A stretch of 64,000 bases of DNA from Scyliorhinus canicula (lineage: Eukaryota): the NCBI RefSeq assembly GCF_902713615.1, contig NC_052176.1:11546243-11610242 (forward strand), written 5' to 3'. Position 1 is the first letter of the stretch. Each line of letters begins with the position of its first letter. The position numbers and the translations under genes are program-made. The notes beneath the pieces are model-generated. The model worked only from the letters and a program-made list of their open reading frames with translations. It did not search any database and was not told the DNA's origin. This document shows positions 37,698-50,802 of the stretch, piece by piece.

Positions 37698-40600
37698 AGG
37701 CACTGAAAGAGCATCATCAAGAAATTCAAACTGACATACAGGCCGCGATGAAAGAGGCATTTGCTGAAACTCTGCTGCAAATACAGATAGCTCTGAGCAG
37801 GGCCGAAAAGAAACTGGAGGCTCAGGAAGCCACCATCAAAGGCCTTGAGAGAGCCGCAACCGACCAAACCCACCGATGGTGGCTCTGGAAAAGGAGGTGG
37901 AGAGACTGGTCGCAGCGCAGGGTAACCTGAGTGGGAAGGTCAAGGACCAGGAAACTCAGTCCAGGAGGCAGAACCTGTGAATCGTGGGCCAACCAGAAGG
38001 AACCGAAGGCAGAGAGCCCACGGACTACATGGCCCAAATGCTGGGCAACCTGGTGGGAAGGGTGATCTTCCCAAACCCACCAGAAATAGACAGGGATCAC
38101 CAGTCGCTGCGACCGAATCCCAAGGCTGGGGAATAACCAAATGCCATCAAAGCCAAAGTACAGCAATACCAGCACTGGGAAAGAATCCTGCTCTGGGCCA
38201 GGCAGTCCAGGAACTGCAATTGGGAAGGACACAGACTCCGAATTTATCAGGACATTGGGGCTGACCCGGCCACGTGCAGAGCTGGATTTAACAGGGCCAA
38301 AGCAGCGCTGTACGAAAGCGGCGTTCACTTAAGAATGTTATATCCAGCCAGGCCTGGGTTACATACCAGGGCAAAGACCATTTTTTATGGCCCTGCCTGA
38401 AGCAGATCAGTTTGTTGCAGACTGCGGGCTGGGGCAGCGACAACAGGAGAGGCGGGGGAAGTGTCCCGGCAAAGAGCGGCAACGCAAACCAACAAGGGGG
38501 GGGGGGGGGGGGAGAGAACCTCACCCCTCCGCCACCCCCCCTCACAACACAACCGACTTGACGAACTATGAGCCACCATCCGAGTGACCGCTGGAGATGG
38601 AAGATGGTGGCCCCAAACGTACAGACAAGGGAAAAAAGCGGAGGACCAAGTGTCGGGCATGATGTGGAAAGAACAAACAGAAACCACAGAGATTGGGTGG
38701 GAGGACAGTGGGAAGTTTCAAATGAAGTTACTGCGAAAAGCCCCTAGTCGCCACATTCCGGCGCCTATTCGGGGAGGCTGCTACAGGATGGCTACATAGG
38801 GCCACAGGCAGGGGCCCAAAACAAAGGAGCACTGCAGACAACCACCCAGTACGGTCTCTGGGCGAAGGGAGACCCTGGAGTACAGGGGCCTGCCTATATG
38901 GAGACACACTGTTGGCAGCCGTGCTTGGTGCCCCCTGGACAAAGGGAAACCCCGGAGTGCAGGGACACGTCCACCAGGTAAGTATGGTTAATCCCACAGG
39001 AGCAGGGGGACAAATCTCCCCCACCAGGATAGTCACCCGGAATGTCAGGGACATAACGGCCCAGTCAAAAGAGCCAGAGTCTTCATCCACCGAAGAAGCA
39101 TGAGGGCCGACATAGTTATCCTCCAAGACAGACACCCGAGAGACCAGCACAGGCAGCAGGTAAGGAAGGGCTGGGTGGGACAGACTTACCGTTCCTGCTA
39201 TGGGATGAGTGCCAGGGGGTAGTGATTCTGTTAAAGAACAGGACGATGTTTAAGGCGACAAAGACGGTAATGGACCCAAGGGGATGGTCCGTCATGGCTG
39301 GATGGCGCAGCGGTAGTAATGTCAACGTGTACGCTCCCAACTGGGACAACGCAAAATGGATTGAAAAGCCCATGGTGGGAATCCCCTACATAGCGACGCA
39401 CCGACTGATCATGGTGGGGGGTGGGGGGACTTTTACTGTGTACAGGACCCAAGGACAGAGAGGTCAAACCCCAGAATGGGGAACATCTTGGAAGATGGAA
39501 AAGGAACCCGGTCACTTCATGGGGCAGATGGGGACAGTGGACCCATGGAGGATCACCCGCACAGGGCAGAAGGAGTTCTCCTTCTTCTCCCCTGTCCAAT
39601 ACAAATACTCCAGGATTCACTTCTTTGTGGTCGAAAAATGGGTGCTCCCAGGGCTGGTCAAGGCGCAGTACTCCACAATTGGAATCTCCGACCACGTTCC
39701 ACATTATATGGATGTGAGGTTAGAGACAGGCAGCACCCAACGCCCCACATGGAGGTTGGACACTGCCCTACAAGGACTTGAGCGAGAGGGTATCGCAGGC
39801 CATAGCGGGGTATACGACAAACAAGATGGTGGAGGTTTCATCCTCCACGTTCTGGGAGGCGCTAAAGGCCGTGATTAGAGGGGAAATTGGGCAGAATGGT
39901 GGCGCAGTGGGTTAGCACTGCAGCCTCACTTACGCCGAGGTCCCAGGTTTGATCTCGGATCTGGGTCACTGTCAGTGTGGAGTTTGCACATTCTCCCCGT
40001 GTTTGTGTGGGTTTCGCCCTCACAACCCAATGATGTGCAAGCCAGGTGGATTGGCCACGCTAAATTGCCCCTTAATTTGAAAAAGAAAATAAAAAATGTG
40101 TTGGGTACTCTAAATTCAAAATAGAGGGGAAATGATTGCCTTTAAAGTGGGAAGGGATAGAGAGGAGAGAGAGGCTCGGCAGCAGCTGGCCCCAACAGCA
40201 GAGCTCTTAGCGGAAAGGAAAAAGCTACAAATGGACTTTGACCTGCTCTCCACGAGGAAAGCAGTGAACCAACTCCGCCAGGCACGGGGAACCCTACACA
40301 AACACGGGGACAAAGCGCGCAAATTAGGCACAACAGAGGCACATTAGAAACAGACCCAGACAAGGTTAGCAAGGCCTTCGAGGACTTTGACTGGGGACTG
40401 TACACCTCAGATCCCCCAACAGGGGGCTCGGCGATGAAACCGTTCCTTGATAGACTAGACATGCCAGTCATGGGGAGGACAGTAAATGGGGCCTGGGAGC
40501 ACCGCTAGAACTGGGAGAGGACATGGAGAGTATAAGCTCCATGCAGGCGGGGAAGGCAGCCGGACCAGACGGGTTCCTGGCGGACTTCTACAAAACATTT

Positions 40601-43600
40601 GCAACAGCACTGGCCCCTCACCTGCGGGAGATGTTCACAGACTCGCTGGCAAGGGGCAGACTGCCACCTATGCTGGCACAAGCCTCAATCTCGGTAATAG
40701 CTAAGAAAGACCCGACTGAATACGATTCATACAGACCCATCTCACTACTGAACGAAGATACAAAAATATTGGCCAAGATCCTGGCCAAAAGATGAGAAGA
40801 CTGCGTACCAGAGGTGGTCGTAGAGGATCAAACGGGCTTTGTCAAAGGTAGACAGCTAACATTGAACATCAGGCGCCTGCTGAACGTGATCATGACCCCA
40901 TCCGGGGACAGAGCACCTAAGATAATAGTTTCCCTGGACGCAGAAAAGGCCTTCGACAGAGTCAAGTGGAAGTTCCTTATAGAGGTACAGAAGCGGTTCG
41001 GGTTCGGACCAGGGTTCACCTCCTGGGTGAAGCTCCTGTACAACACTCCCATGGCGAGCGTATGGAGAAACAACACCAGCTCCCAGTACTTCCAGCTCCA
41101 CAAGGGCACCAGGCATGGATGCCCGCTGTCACTGCTGCTGTTCACTCCAGCGATCGAACCATTACAGGTCACACTCAAAACAGCAAAGAACTGGAGGGGG
41201 CTCCAAAGAGGAGGCTGAGAGTATGGAGTCTCGCTCTATGCAGATGACCTGCTCCTCTACATCTCGGACCCACAAAGCAGCATGGAAGGAATCATCGCAT
41301 CCTGAAAGAGATCGGTGCCGTCCCGGCCGACAAACTCAACATGAGCAAAAGTGAGATTTTCCCGGTGAACCGGCAAGGGGGAGGGGCAGCACTGGTGGGA
41401 CTGCCGCTAAAACAAGCCCAACACAAATTCCACTACCTGGGGATCCTAATCGCACATCACTGGGCGGGGATCCACAAATGGAACCTGACCAGTCTGGCAG
41501 AGGAAGTCAAAAAGGACCTCCAGAGATGGAACACATTCCCACTCACCATGATGGGGAGAATACCGACGATCAAAATGAACCGTACTGCCCAGGTACCTCT
41601 TCCGATTTAGATCCATCCCGATCTATATCCCCAAGGCCTTTATTAACTCACTGGACAAGTTAAACATGGTGTTTGTATGGGGGGAAAGAATGCTAGGATC
41701 ACAAAGAAGGTCGTACAGAATCCAAAATCCAGGGGAGTGCTAGCCCTCCCAAACCTTCAATTCTAACCCTGGGCAGCGATAGCGGAAAGAGAAATGGGAT
41801 GGACAAAGGGGACAGAAGCTGAGTGGATGTGCGCAGAGGAGGCCCCCTCAAGGGGACCTCCCTCCGGGCCCTCGCCACGGCGGCTTTCCCATCCCCGCCC
41901 AAGAAACACTCCAGCAGCCCAGTGGCCACCCTCCAGGCGTGGAACCAACTGCGGCAGCAATTCGGGCTGACCAAAATATCTGACAAAGCCCCATGTGAAA
42001 TAACCACAGGTTCACACCAGCACTCACCGACGCCACCTTCAAAAGGTGGAGACAGGATGGGGAGGACATTGACAGTCCGGGACCTATACACTGACGGTAG
42101 GTGGAGACAGGATGGGGAGGACATTGACAGTCAGGGACCTATACACTGACGGTAGGTGGAGACAGGATGGGGAGGACATTGACAGTCAGGGACCTATACA
42201 CTGACGGTAGGTGGAGACAGGATGGGGAGGACATTGACAGTCAGGGACCTATACACTGACGGTAGGTGGAGACAGGATGGGGAGGACACTGACAGTCAGG
42301 GACCTATACACTGACGGTAGGTGGAGACAGGATGGGGAGGACACTGACAGTCAGGGACCTATACACTGACGGTAGGTGGAGACAGGATGGGGAGGACACT
42401 GACAGTCAGGGACCTATACACTGACGGTAGGTGGAGACAGGATGGGGAGGACACTGACAGTCAGGGACCTATACACTGACGGTAGGTGGAGACAGGATGG
42501 GGAGGACACTGACAGTCAGGGACCTATACACTGACGGTAGGTGGAGACAGGATGGGGAGGACACTGACAGTCAGGGACCTATACACTGACGGTAGGGGGA
42601 GACAGGATGGGGAGGACACTGACAGTCAGGGACCTATACACTGACGGTAGGTGGAGACAGGATGGGGAGGACACTGACAGTCAGGGACCTATACACTGAC
42701 GGTAGGTGGAGACAGGATGGGGAGGACACTGACAGTCAGGGACCTATACACTGACGGTAGGTGGAGACAGGATGGGGAGGACACTGACAGTCAGGGACCT
42801 ATACACTGACGGTAGGTGGAGACAGGATGGGGAGGACACTGACAGTCAGGGACCTATACACTGACGGTAGGGTCACATCACTGGAAGAACTGATGCAGAG
42901 ATTCCAACTAGCTAAAGGCAACAAACTCAGATACCTGCAGCTTAAAACCTTCCTCCGGAAGGAGACAAGGGCATACCCGCGACCACCATGACAGACACTA
43001 TTAGAAGAGCTACTGGACGCAGACATCCTAGGCAGAAGGAACTGTAGAGACATGTACGAACAACTGCTGGAGAAGACCGACACCGAACTGGACACGACAA
43101 GGAGGAAATGGGAGGCAGGCTTGGGTTAGAAATAGGGTGGGAATTCTGGAGCGGAGCACTGCACAGGGTCAACTCTCCCTCCACATGCCCGAGGCTCAAC
43201 CTAACGCAGCTAAAAGTGGTACATAGGGCCCAGTTGACCAGAACCCGAATGAGCAGATTCTTCCCAGAGGTGGAGGATAGATGTGAACGGTACCAAGGAG
43301 GCCCAGCCAACCATGCCCACATGATCTAGTCTTGCCCCAGACTTGGTGGGTACTGAACAGCCTTCTTCAAGGCAATGTCCAAGCTGGTGGGGAAGAGGGT
43401 AGGGCCATGCCCGAAAGTGGCGGCCTTCGGGGTATCATACCAGCCAGATCTCTTCCTGGGGAGGAGGGCGGATGCCCATGCCTCCCTGATCGCCCGCCGT
43501 AGAATCCTGCTCGGCTGGCGATCAGCAGCACCACCTAAAGCTGCAGACTGGCTTTCGGAATTTCTCCCAATGGGGAAAATCTAATTCACCATCTGTGGGT

Positions 43601-43880
43601 CGGGAGAGAGCTTCCACAAAACATGGGAGCCATTCACCCAACTGTTCCGAGACCTGTTTGTGGCCAACACATGAATAAATAGCGAAAAGCCAGGGAGAAA
43701 TAGCCAGGACGAGACAGACAGAGGAAAGCAAGGGTGGACCTGGGGGTAGGGGGGGAGCAAGGTGATGTCACAAAACACAGCAAGAAAGAATGGGGGCAGC
43801 AGTGAAGAAGGGGGGGTGGGAGGCAGTGAGGTGGGCGAACAAAAGAGGGAGCCAGAATGCGGAACAGATAAGGAAACTAT
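37698..43880 (+). mobile_element. L1 copy C, near-identical inverted duplicate of 1-5555
   Basis: ORF track gives near-identical peptides on the opposite strand; shares the SINE insertion (39888-40121, TSD tagaggggaaat) and inactivating mutations. Confidence 0.92.
42047..42871. repeat. 55-bp minisatellite, 15 copies
   Basis: Reverse complement of the 761-1200 unit; 825 bp = 15 x 55. Confidence 0.95.
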
Positions 43881-43884
43881 AACG

Positions 43885-46020
43885 GGGGGGAGGTCAGGGA
43901 GAGGGGAGCTGGACGGGGGGGGGGGAGGTCAGGGAGAGGGGAGCTGGGCGGGGGTGTGGGGCAGGGAGAGGGGAGTTGGGCGGGGGTGTGGGTCAGGGAG
44001 AGGGGAGCTGGGGGGGGGGGGTCAGGGAGAGGGGAGTTGGGCAGGGGGTGTCAGGGAGGGGAGCTGGGCGGGGGGGGGTGAGGGATAGGGGAGCTGGGCG
44101 GGGGGTGGGTCAGGGTGAGGGGAGCTGGGCGGGGGGAGGTCAGGGAGAGGGGAGCTGGGCAGGGGAGGGGTCAGGGAGAGGGGAGTTGGGCTGGGGGTCA
44201 GGGAGAGGGGAGTTGGGCTGGGGGTCAGGGAGAGGGGAGTTGGGCGGGGTGGGTCAGGGAGAGGGGAGTTGGGTGGGGGGGGGTCAGGGAGAGGGGAGTT
44301 TGGCGGGGGGTGTATTAGGGGGAGGGGAGCTGGGCGGGGGGGGGTATCAGGGAGAGGGGAGCTGGGCAGGGGGGGGTCAGGGAGAGGGGAGTTGTGCAGG
44401 GGGGGTCAGGGAGAGGGGAGTTGTGCAGGGGGGGGTCAGGGAGAGGGGAGTTGGGCGTGGGGGGTCAGGGAGAGGGGAGTTGGGCGTGGGGGGTCAGGGA
44501 GAGGGGAGCTGGGCGGGGGGGTCAGGGAGAGGGGAGCTGGGCAGGGGGGAGGTCAGGGAGAGGGGAGTTGGGCAGGAGGGGTCAGGGAGAGGGGAGTTGG
44601 GCGTGGGGGGTCAGGGAGAGGGGAGCTGGGCGGGGGGGTCAGGGAGAGGGGAGCTGGGCAAGGGGGGAGGTCAGGGAGAGGGGAGTTGGGCAGGAGGGGT
44701 CAGGGAGAGGGGAGTTGGGCGGGGGGGGGTCAGGGAGAGGGGAGCTGGGCGGGGGGAGGTCAGGGAGAGGGGAGCTGGGCGGGGGGAGGTCAGGGAGAGG
44801 GGAGCTGGGCGGGGGGGAGGTCAGGGAGAGGGGAGCTGGGCGGGGGGGGAGGTCAGGGAGAGGGGAGCTGGGCGGGGGGGATGAGGGATAGGGGAGCTGG
44901 GCGGGGGGGGGTCAGGGAGAGGGGAGCTGGGCGGGGGGGAGGTCAGGGAGAGGGGAGCGGGGCGGGGGAGGTCAGGGAGAGGGGAGCTGGGCGGGGGGGT
45001 CAGGGAGAGGGGAGTTGGGCGGGGGGGGTGAGGGAGAGGGGAGTGGGTGGGGGGGGTCAGGGAGAGGGGAGTTTGGCGTGGGGGGGTCAGGGAGAAGGGA
45101 GTTGGGCGGGGGGGGTATTAGGGGAGGGGAGTTGGGCGGGGGGGGTATTAGGGGAGGGGAGCTGGGCGGGGGGGGTATCAGGGAGAGGGGAGCTGGGCGG
45201 GGGGGTCAGGGAGAGCTGGGCGGGTGGGTCAGGGAGAGCTGGGCAGGGGGGTCAGGGAGAGGGGAGCTGGGCGGGGGGGGGGTCAGGGAGAGCTGGGCGG
45301 GGGGGGTCAGGGAGAGGGGAGCTGGGAGGGGTGGGGTCAGGGAGAGGGGAGCTGGGCGGGGTTCAGTCAGGGAGAGGCGAGCTGGGCGGTGGCGGTGAGT
45401 GAGAGGGGAGCAGGGTGGTGGGGGTCAGGGAGAGGGGAGCTGGGCGGGGGGGCAGGGAGAGGGGAGTTGGGTGGCGGGGGTCAGGGAGAGGGGAGCTGGG
45501 CGGGGGGGCAGGGAGTGGGAAACTGGGCGGGATTGGGTCAGGGAGAGGCGAGCTGGGTGGGGGCGGTGAGTGAGAGGGGAGCTGGGCGGGGTGGGGTCAG
45601 GGAGAGGCGAGCTTGGCGTGGGGGGCCGGGAGAGGGGAGTTGGGTGGAGGGGAGTCAGGGAGAGGAAACCTGGGCGGAGGGGAGTCAGGGAGAGGGGAGT
45701 TGGGTGGGGGGTCAGGGAGAGGGGAGTTGGGGGGGTCAGGGAGAGAGTTGGGTGGGGGGGGGGTCAGGGAGAGGGGAGCTGGGCGGGGAGCTCAGGGACA
45801 GGGGAGCTGGGCAGAGGGGGGGGTTAGGGAGATGGTTGGGTGAGTCAGGGAGAGGGGAGCTGGGCGGGGAGCTCAGGGACAGGGGAGCTGGGCGGGGGGG
45901 GGGGGGTTAGGGAGAGGGGAGTTGGGTGGGGAGGGGTCAGGGAGAGGGGAGTTGGGTGGGGAGGGGTCAGGGAGAGGGGAGTTGGGTGGGTCAGGGAGAG
46001 CGTTGGGTGGGGGGGAATAG
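43885..46020 (+). repeat. G-rich ~30-bp satellite (ggtcagggagaggggagctgggcggggg), G-quadruplex prone
   Basis: About 2.1 kb of tandem units, each with four G-runs. Confidence 0.95.
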
Positions 46021-46244
46021 GGAGGATTGTTTGCTGAGCAGACGGCGACAGCCTGTTATTAGAGAAACCTGAGAAGAAGCCTTTGTGTTCTGGTCAATAA
46101 ATGAAAACAATCGGAAATGTATCTAATTTCGAAAATGCCGAACAAAAAGATTTTTTTTTTTAAAAAAGTGCGTAAAAGCAGAGGGTTGTGCACAACAAGA
46201 AAGTGTCTAAATCAGTGGAGCTCCTAAATGATTGGAAGTGGTTC

Positions 46245-46995
46245 AAGCAGGGCAGTGTGTAAAGCAGGGCAGTGTGTAAAGCAGGGAGTGTGTAAAGCAG
46301 GGCAGTGTGTAAAGCAGGGCGGTGTGTAAAGCAGGGCAGTGTGTAAAGCGGGGCAGTGTGTAAAGCAGGGGAGTGTGTAAAGCAGGGCAGTGTGTAAAGC
46401 GGGGCAGTGTGTAAAGCAGGGGAGTGTGTAAAGCAGGGGGGTGTGTAAAGCAGGGGAGTGATTCAAGCCGGGCAGTGAGTAAAGCAGGGCAGTGAGTAAA
46501 GCAGGGCAGTGTGTAAAGCGGGGCAGTGTGTAAAGCGGGGCAGTGTGTAAAGCGGGGCAGTGTGTAAAGCAGGGCAGTGTGTAAAGCGGGGCAGTGTGTA
46601 AAGCAGGGCAGTGTGTAAAGCAGGGCAGTGTGTAAAGCAGGGCAGTGTGTAAGCAGGGCAGTGTGGAAAGCCGGGCAGTGTGGAAAGCCGGGCAGTGTGT
46701 AAAGCGGGGCAGTGTGTAAAGCGGGGCAGTGTGTAAAGCAGGGGAGTGTGTCAAGCGGGGCAGTGTGTAAAGCCGGGCAGTGTGTAAAGCCGGGCAGTGT
46801 GGAAAGCCGGGCAGTGTGGAAAGCCGGGCAGTGTGGAAAGCCGGGCAGTGTGTAAAGCCGGGCAGTGTGTAAAGCCGGGCAGTGTGTAAAGCCGGGCAGT
46901 GTGTAAAGCGGGCAGTGTGTAAAGCAGGGGAGTGTGTAAAGCGGGGGAGTGTGTAAAGCAGGGGGGTGTGTAAAGCAGGGCGGTGTGTAAAGCCG
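46245..46995. repeat. 17-18-bp satellite (gcagggcagtgtgtaaa), inverted paralog of the 23860-24690 array
   Basis: Direct tandem units; same position relative to the module as the 23.9 kb array. Confidence 0.9.
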
Positions 46996-47369
46996 GGGAG
47001 TTTATGAACCAGAGGAGGATGCACAACAAGAGTGTGTGTAAAATGAGGAGTGTTTACAGCAGTTGAGTGTTCAAACCAGGGGAGTGTGTAAAACTAGCGT
47101 GGTGTAAACCAGGGGATTGTGTAAATGAGGGGATTGCTTCACAGCGCCAGGTTCCAAGGTTCGTTTCCCACTTGGGTCTCTGCCTGTGCAGAGTATGCAC
47201 GTCTTCCCCGTGTCTGCATGGGTTTCCTACGGATGCTTCGGTTTCCTCGCACAAGTCTCGAAAGACATGCTTGTTAGGAGAATTGGATATTCCCCCAATA
47301 TTTAGCTTTGAGACTTGTCTCAGTTCAAGCTCATGAATAATTCTGTTCTTTTCAATCAGCAGCACTGAC

Positions 47370-48340
47370 TTTTTACTAGCACCTAAAGATCACAACTTGT
47401 GAGATGAAAGAGCTTCTGGATATATTTTAATCCAACAAAGTTACAAAGAAGTGCAAATGGATACTTCAACATTGATTGCTCAATCTATAACCTAATTAAT
47501 ACTATACTGATTACTTTACAGATGAAAAGCTGTCATTACAACAAGTTGATCCAACGTTCCATGATATGGAGTAGGGGTGAATTGTGGAAAATTATCCCAC
47601 CTGCCCTCTCGTGTATCACTGTTGGATTGGGCATGTTTATCTGGGAGTTGAGCTCAATGTAAGTGTGACTGCTTCTGTTCCCTGTGACGGTGGAGCTGAT
47701 GCTGTGTCTGTGTCTCTGCAATGTTGGATTAATATTGTACTTACTGTCAGTTAGAAGGAGACGGCGGCACATTCATGTTGCTGAGGAATCATCATCTTGG
47801 AACTCATCTCTTCATCTGTTGAACTAGGGGGAAGAAAACAAATCTCTTGTAAATCAGGGTCAGATGAGGCCAATGATAGATCAATCAATTCTTTCAACTG
47901 ATAATCAGTAAAATAAAGAAAATACTGTCCAAATCCTGCCCCAGAATCAGACAATAAGCCAGGCCCAGAAAGAGCTCTCCCTTCCCCCCGCTCACTCCAA
48001 GTCCCGGAACAAGATGGGGCTCCCGCTGCGCCTCTTGCAAACAGCCCCCGATTCTCCCTGAACTCCCCCCGAGTCAGTAATGATCTCTGAGCCTCTTTGC
48101 TCACACTCCCAAATGGATGTGCTGCTGCAATGAGAACGCTGTTTCCTCGCTGGAGGGGCTGCGCATGCGCTGTCAGCTTCAGAGTGACGACAGGCAGAGG
48201 GCGGGGCTAAACCGGACATGCGCAGATCCCCGCAGCAATTCAACATTGAGAATCAATGGGAATATTCCCCATTTCACTGTCATCACAGATAGAGCAAAAC
48301 CTCCTATAGAGCCCGTGTTGGGGGGACGCTGTGTGTGTGG
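47370..48340 (-). promoter_or_regulatory. Promoter-like module copy 4, downstream part; the upstream part is at 55372-55600
   Basis: Reverse complement of 22130-23520 without the SINE; split by the Tx1 insertion. Confidence 0.55.
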
Positions 48341-50011
48341 TTTTATAGGGTTTAACAACTGTAACAATATTGTTGTGTTGTTTTTTTTTAGTTTTGTGAG
48401 TGATGACCTGCTGGGCTTATCGACACGCAGCAGGATTAAAACCCTGCATCCACCGACTATCCTGGCCTGTTGCACGGCGTGACAACAATGTAAAAGAACA
48501 AAAATTAACTGAGGGACAAAAGCAAACCGGACCCTGCGAAAATCAGGGTTAATAAGGCAGCCCAACCCTACGGTGCCCAAGGAGCATGCAAGGCCTCAAG
48601 TGTACCCGTGGTCAACGCATGCTACAGCTCCAGGGACACACGGCCACGAACAGGGCCGTGGAAGAGGGGCAGACAGTCAGGCCGGATGACCCCCTCGGTC
48701 GCCCACTAACTGGACCTATTAATGGCAAGTTTGGCCAGGCCCAGGAGCAGGTTCACAAGGAGGCCCTCCACCTTCCACCCTCCCCCCTGCTCCGGATGTC
48801 CGTAGGTCAGGAACGTGGGGCTAAAGTGCAAAGACAAAAACAACAATGTCGTCAAAAAACTAAAAAGGGAATGCAGCCGAGGACAGACAACATACACATG
48901 CTCCACGGTCTCCACCAGGCCGCAAAAGTGGCAGGTCTCTGGGGAGGCCGTGTGGTGACTTAACCTACGGTTGCACGACACTGCCTTGTGCAGCTCCCTC
49001 CACTCCAGGTCCCCAAATCTGACAGGGAGGATGCCTCCGTCGAGGGACCTCCAGTGGAACGTCCGCCGCCGGATGGTGAGCGAGGGCAAGGAGGTGGACA
49101 GTGTGCAGCAGCAGGCCGTACAGTAAAACCCTCCGCGTGGTGGGAAAAGACACGGGAGGTGTTTCCGTGAGGCGGTTGGGGTTGTGGGGCACCGGCGCCC
49201 GGAGGGGGTTCCGGGGCCTGGGAACAACGTGGAATACCATCCGAGCAGGGGTCCGCTCAGACGGGATGCTACGGCACAACTGCGCCGTCTCGAGTCCAAG
49301 TGTGCCCACGGGGCCGAGCACGACCGTTTAGAGGCCTCGGATGATTTTGGCCGTGTGCTGGATGGTCCGCGCCCGGCGAGCTTGTAGGGCATCACCCAGT
49401 CCACTCCTCTGCCACCCTGCATATCCCTGATCCTGGTCACCCCGGCATCCACAGCCCCCCACTCCGCCAGCCACCGGAATGGATATTGGCGGAGATGCGG
49501 ATTCCTGAGCAGCGGCTCCCTTACGATAGTAACTGCTCCTGACGGGGGAGAGCTGCGGCACGTGGCGACCATGTTCCAGACTTTGAGAAGGTCCTGGTAC
49601 AAGACGGGCAGCACCAACAAAGAATTCTGAAGACCTTGCTGGTCAGCGAACAGGGGTAGCAGATTCGAGGTCAGGTCATGTACCTGGCGGAAGAAATACG
49701 TCACCACAGGCACACCATCGTAGAGGAGGCTCAACGTACAGGTATCACTGCAGAGTCTGAAGGGGGAAAGTCGCGATGTGGGCACACCAGAGCCTGACCG
49801 CCCTCCGCTATTGGGAGACTCAAGACCTCTGCAGCGACCCAGTGCAATCCATTGTCCCAGAAGAACCGAATCAGAGTTCTCTGGATGTGTGTGACAAAGA
49901 CAGGGGGAAGGGTCAAAGTGACCAGCCGGTACCACAGCATGGAGGCTATCAGCTGGTTTATGATGAGAAATCGACCCCTGTAGGGCAGCACTCGGAGCAG
50001 TCCTGTCCAGC

Positions 50012-50802
50012 GTCCCAGGCGAGCGGTGACCATGGTATCCAGCTCCTGCCAGTTCGCCGGCCAGGCTTCCTCTGCCCGGTCCCAGGCGAGCGGTGACCAT
50101 GGTATCCAGCTCCTGCCAGTTCGCCGGCCAGGCTTCCTCTGCCCGGTCCCAGGCGGGCGGTGACCATGGTCTCCAGCTCCTGCCAGTTCGCCGGCCAGGC
50201 TTCCTCTGCCCGGTCCCAGGCGGGCGGTGACCATGGTATCCAGCTCCTGCCAGTTCGCCGGCCAGGCTTCCTCTGCCCGGTCCCAGGCGGGCGGTGACCA
50301 TGGTATCCAGCTCCTGCCAGTTCGCCGGCCAGGTCCCAGGCGGGCGGTGACCATGGTCTCCAGCTCCTGCCAGTTCGCCGGCCAGGCTTCCTCTGCCCGG
50401 TCCCAGGCGAGCGGTGACCATGGTATCCAGCTCCTGCCAGTTCGCCGGCCAGGCTTCCTCTGCCCGGTCCCAGGCGAGGCGGTGACCATGGTCTCCAGCT
50501 CCTGCCAGTTCGCCGGCCAGGCTTCCTCTGCCCGGTCCCAGGCGGGCGGTGACCATGGTATCCAGCTCCTGCCAGTTCACCGGCCAGGCTTCCTCTGCCC
50601 GGTCCCAGGCGAGCGGTGACCATGGTATCCAGCTCCTGCCAGTTCGCCGGCCAGGCTTCCTCTGCCCGGTCCCAGGCGAGCGGTGACCATGGTATCCAGC
50701 TCCTGCCAGTTCACCGGCCAGGCTTCCTCTGCCCGGTCCCAGGCGAGCGGTGACCATGGTATCCAGCTCCTGCCAGTTCGCCGGCCAGGCTTCCTCTGCC
50801 GG
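50012..50802. repeat. 67-bp minisatellite, ~12 copies, inside Tx1 ORF2
   Basis: Unit gtcccaggcgagcggtgaccatggtatccagctcctgccagttcgccggccaggcttcctctgcccg; one unit is shortened. Confidence 0.95.

Noticed and set aside
37110-37930. ORFs spanning the N run
   Set aside because: Artefacts of the assembly gap.
43976-47029. Gly/Arg-rich and His/Cys-rich long ORFs
   Set aside because: They are translations of stop-free satellites.
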